From: Fimbriosthenelais zetlandica
Taxonomy: Eukaryota
Assembly: GCA_977030845.1 (NCBI GenBank)
Contig: OZ365115.1
Span: forward strand, 13,826,001 to 13,890,000
Direction: 5' to 3'
DNA: 64,000 nucleotides
Under the pieces are notes generated by a model. The model worked only from the letters and a program-made list of their open reading frames with translations. It was not told the DNA's origin and searched no databases. Positions within the stretch are counted from its first letter, which is position 1. Each line of letters begins with the position of its first letter. Made by a program: the position numbers and the translations under genes. Positions 62,401-64,000 of the stretch are shown here, one piece after another.

Positions 62401-63483
62401 CCTGACACTCTCTTCACCGACACCCCGCCCTGCCTAAAAGCTGAACTGTTCAGAAAAATATCAGCTCCCATGTTTGACACGGTCAGTGCTGCTAATTATT
62501 GATATACTCACTAAAGCGACCATCTCACTATCAGTATGCGACCACGAAATGGTCACAACGTAATGTTTAACACCACCGAGACCCACTCAAAAGGCGACCA
62601 TCTCAGTATGCGACCACTAAATAAATAATTAAATAAATAAATGATTTTATTTCAGATCACCATGTTGCAGGGAGCTGATGAGAGTTTTCTCAGAGCTCTG
62701 TCTATACGTGTAAAGCAGCAGATCTTTATCCCGGGTAATTATATCATGAGGAAGGGCGACGTGGGCCAGGAGGTGTACTACATCCATAAAGGCGAGGTGA
62801 GTGTGTCTACAATTATACTACTCCACCCGCCTACCAGATCCGCTACCTGACATATCAAATGCTCCTCATGTCTCCCACTGTCTGTAGTCAGAGAATACGT
62901 AAAAGGCCAGCCATGTCTCCCACTGTCTGTGGTGAGAGGCATGTAAAGGACCAGCCATGTCTCCCACTGTCTGTAGTGAGAGGCATGTAAAAGCCAACCA
63001 TGTCTCCCACTGTCTGTGGTGAGAGGCTTTGAAAAAGCCAACCATGTCTCCCACTGTCTGTGGTGAGAAGCATGTAAAAGGCCAGCCATATCTCCCATCT
63101 TGATAGCAGGGACTGCAGACAGGAAGACCACATGATTGAGTACTGTAAATTTATAACATTAAAAACCTGAACTAATGCCTTGTGTTTGTGTTTAGGTGCA
63201 CGTGTGGGTGGATGGAGAACCAGTGGAGGTACTAAAATCAGGTGAAGTGTTTGGCGAGGTGAGTCTACTCTCGCCGGTGTCTCGCCAGGTGGATGTCAGT
63301 GCTCGTACGCACGTCGTCCTCCTCTCTCTGTCTATGGAGGACTTTGATGACATACTCATGGACTTCCCGACCGTAGCGGCTCACGTGCACGAGGTCGGAT
63401 ACGAGCGGTTTAAGTCTATTCTCAAACCCGACTACGCCAGGAATAAACGTTACTTCAACAACTACTCCGATATATCCTTATAA
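44442..63483 (+). CDS. CNGK: Four-repeat cyclic-nucleotide-gated K+-selective channel (CNGK/tetraKCNG type), about 40 exons
   Basis: Four tandem 6TM-pore-C-linker-CNBD units. S4 motifs FRLNRLLRLY, LRLNRLLRIY, VRLTRLIQLY, LRLIHCLRLL. Pores ATSTG|YGD (46141-46348), MTSTGYGD (~51200), SVSVGYGD (~55640), MTSTGYGD (~61515). CNBD cassettes FGE|VSLVFSLPRTATV, VGEAGLVFPESRTVTV, FGEVALLFSVPRTASI, FGEVSLLSPVSRQVDV. First in-frame ATG at 44442; stop TAA at 63481-63483. Confidence 0.92.
45600..45916 (+). repeat. 158-nt direct duplication including a CNGK donor site
   Basis: catttgacttgg|gtaaatatgtctg occurs with the donor at 45613 (real) and at 45771 (copy). Confidence 0.9.
48913..49135 (+). repeat. 39-41-nt tandem array duplicating a CNGK exon end plus donor (6 copies)
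   Basis: accaacc.agagctg|gt.agt with the GT at 48929 (real), 48970, 49009, 49048, 49087 and 49128. Confidence 0.9.
50161..50746 (+). repeat. 25-29-nt tandem array duplicating a CNGK acceptor plus 15 exon nt (about 20 copies)
   Basis: ttgtag|ctgctgtcagtgttt is repeated. The real exon starts at 50732 (LLSVFNHLEDSLH). Confidence 0.9.
52065..52162 (-). mobile_element. tRNA-derived SINE head fragment
   Basis: The minus strand reads gggagttagctcagctggttagagcg...ggtggttcaattcc (A and B boxes) with no tRNA acceptor stem. Confidence 0.55.
54113..54272 (+). repeat. 34-nt tandem array duplicating a CNGK acceptor (5 copies)
   Basis: atgttttttcag|(g/c)ta(c/g)ctgtc with the AG ending at 54127, 54161, 54195, 54229 and 54263 (real). 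Confidence 0.9.
54780..55010. repeat. (CATT)n microsatellite tract
   Basis: Seen directly. Similar tracts occur at 7740-7812, 59990-60050 and 60360-60402. Confidence 0.85.
57528..57967 (+). repeat. 38-nt tandem array duplicating a CNGK acceptor plus ~30 exon nt (11 copies)
   Basis: ttttcag|ggctggaaccaatgctgatctcttctat recurs every 38 nt from 57556 to 57936 (real). The copy at 57822 has lost its AG. Confidence 0.95.
60550..61075 (+). repeat. 43-nt tandem array duplicating a CNGK acceptor plus ~30 exon nt (12 copies)
   Basis: tttatttgcag|catgttgacggc.cgtctcactaagttctt with the AG ending at 60561, 60604, 60647, 60690, 60733, 60785, 60828, 60871, 60914, 60957, 61000 and 61043 (real). Confidence 0.95.
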
Positions 63484-64000
63484 ATATTATTATATTTTTT
63501 GCCTTTATAATTTTATTCCATTTGTTCTGTATAAATGTTACTCCGTTTATTTTGTGGGATTCCTCTGTTTTGGGGCTACAAAACGTACACTTTGTTATTT
63601 CAAGTAATATTAAATATTTATTTTTTATCAATTGTTAGTAGACTTTGGTTGTAAGGAAGGCAATTTTATCTTGTGAGATCCGAGATCTTTAAACAGAATA
63701 TAAATAGTTGTTGCGTTTCAGAAAATTAGTTATTGAAATAAGTAACATGGAAATAATCGGTGGGAAATACAATGTTGAGGATATACTTAGATTAGTTGTA
63801 CATGTGTATAGATTGGTGGAGGAGAATTTTGAAATTGGATTTTGTAAAGTTTAAAATTGAAGGTTGAAATAATTTGAATTAAGGCCTGCATATAAATGTG
63901 GATTTCACTGTCTTGGGACATTTTCACTCAATAAAGGAACAGTAATTCAATATATTCTTGCTTTAATTTAGTAGTAACTTATAAAATAAGTCAATAAATA

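Larger units (their letters stand above)
47305..63100 (+). repeat. Dispersed intronic repeat family (gctgctaactgggatatcaa...ccatgtctcccactgtctgtggtgagaggcatgtaaaaggccagc)
   Basis: Copies or fragments near 47310-47410, 49190, 49960-50150, 57410-57520, 60480-60510, 61220-61270 and a tandem run at 62870-63100. It is probably a SINE body; the span given covers all copies. Confidence 0.7.

Overview
Intron-rich, AT-rich animal genomic DNA. A marine invertebrate, probably lophotrochozoan, is my inference from gene content and repeats; it cannot be proven from this window. Six host genes can be reconstructed: CTR9 (+, 23 coding exons), an unrecognised two-coding-exon neuropeptide precursor (-), METTL1 (-) head-to-head with MFSD5 (+), HPS5 (+), and a four-repeat cyclic-nucleotide-gated K+ channel of the CNGK/tetraKCNG type (+). 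The most unusual object lies between MFSD5 and HPS5: a very young 3.4-kb gypsy-type LTR retroelement (two 265-bp LTRs with no mismatch seen, 4-bp TSD, tRNA-Leu-like PBS, PPT). It has lost gag/pol except the integrase C-terminus, but keeps an intact 551-aa ORF (NLS + two Zn-finger-like motifs + TatD nuclease domain with all metal ligands) in the env position, with splice signals suited to a subgenomic mRNA. A second window-wide pattern is that about ten tandem arrays duplicate real splice junctions, creating rows of decoy acceptors or donors. All coordinates and counts were read by eye; no database searches were run.
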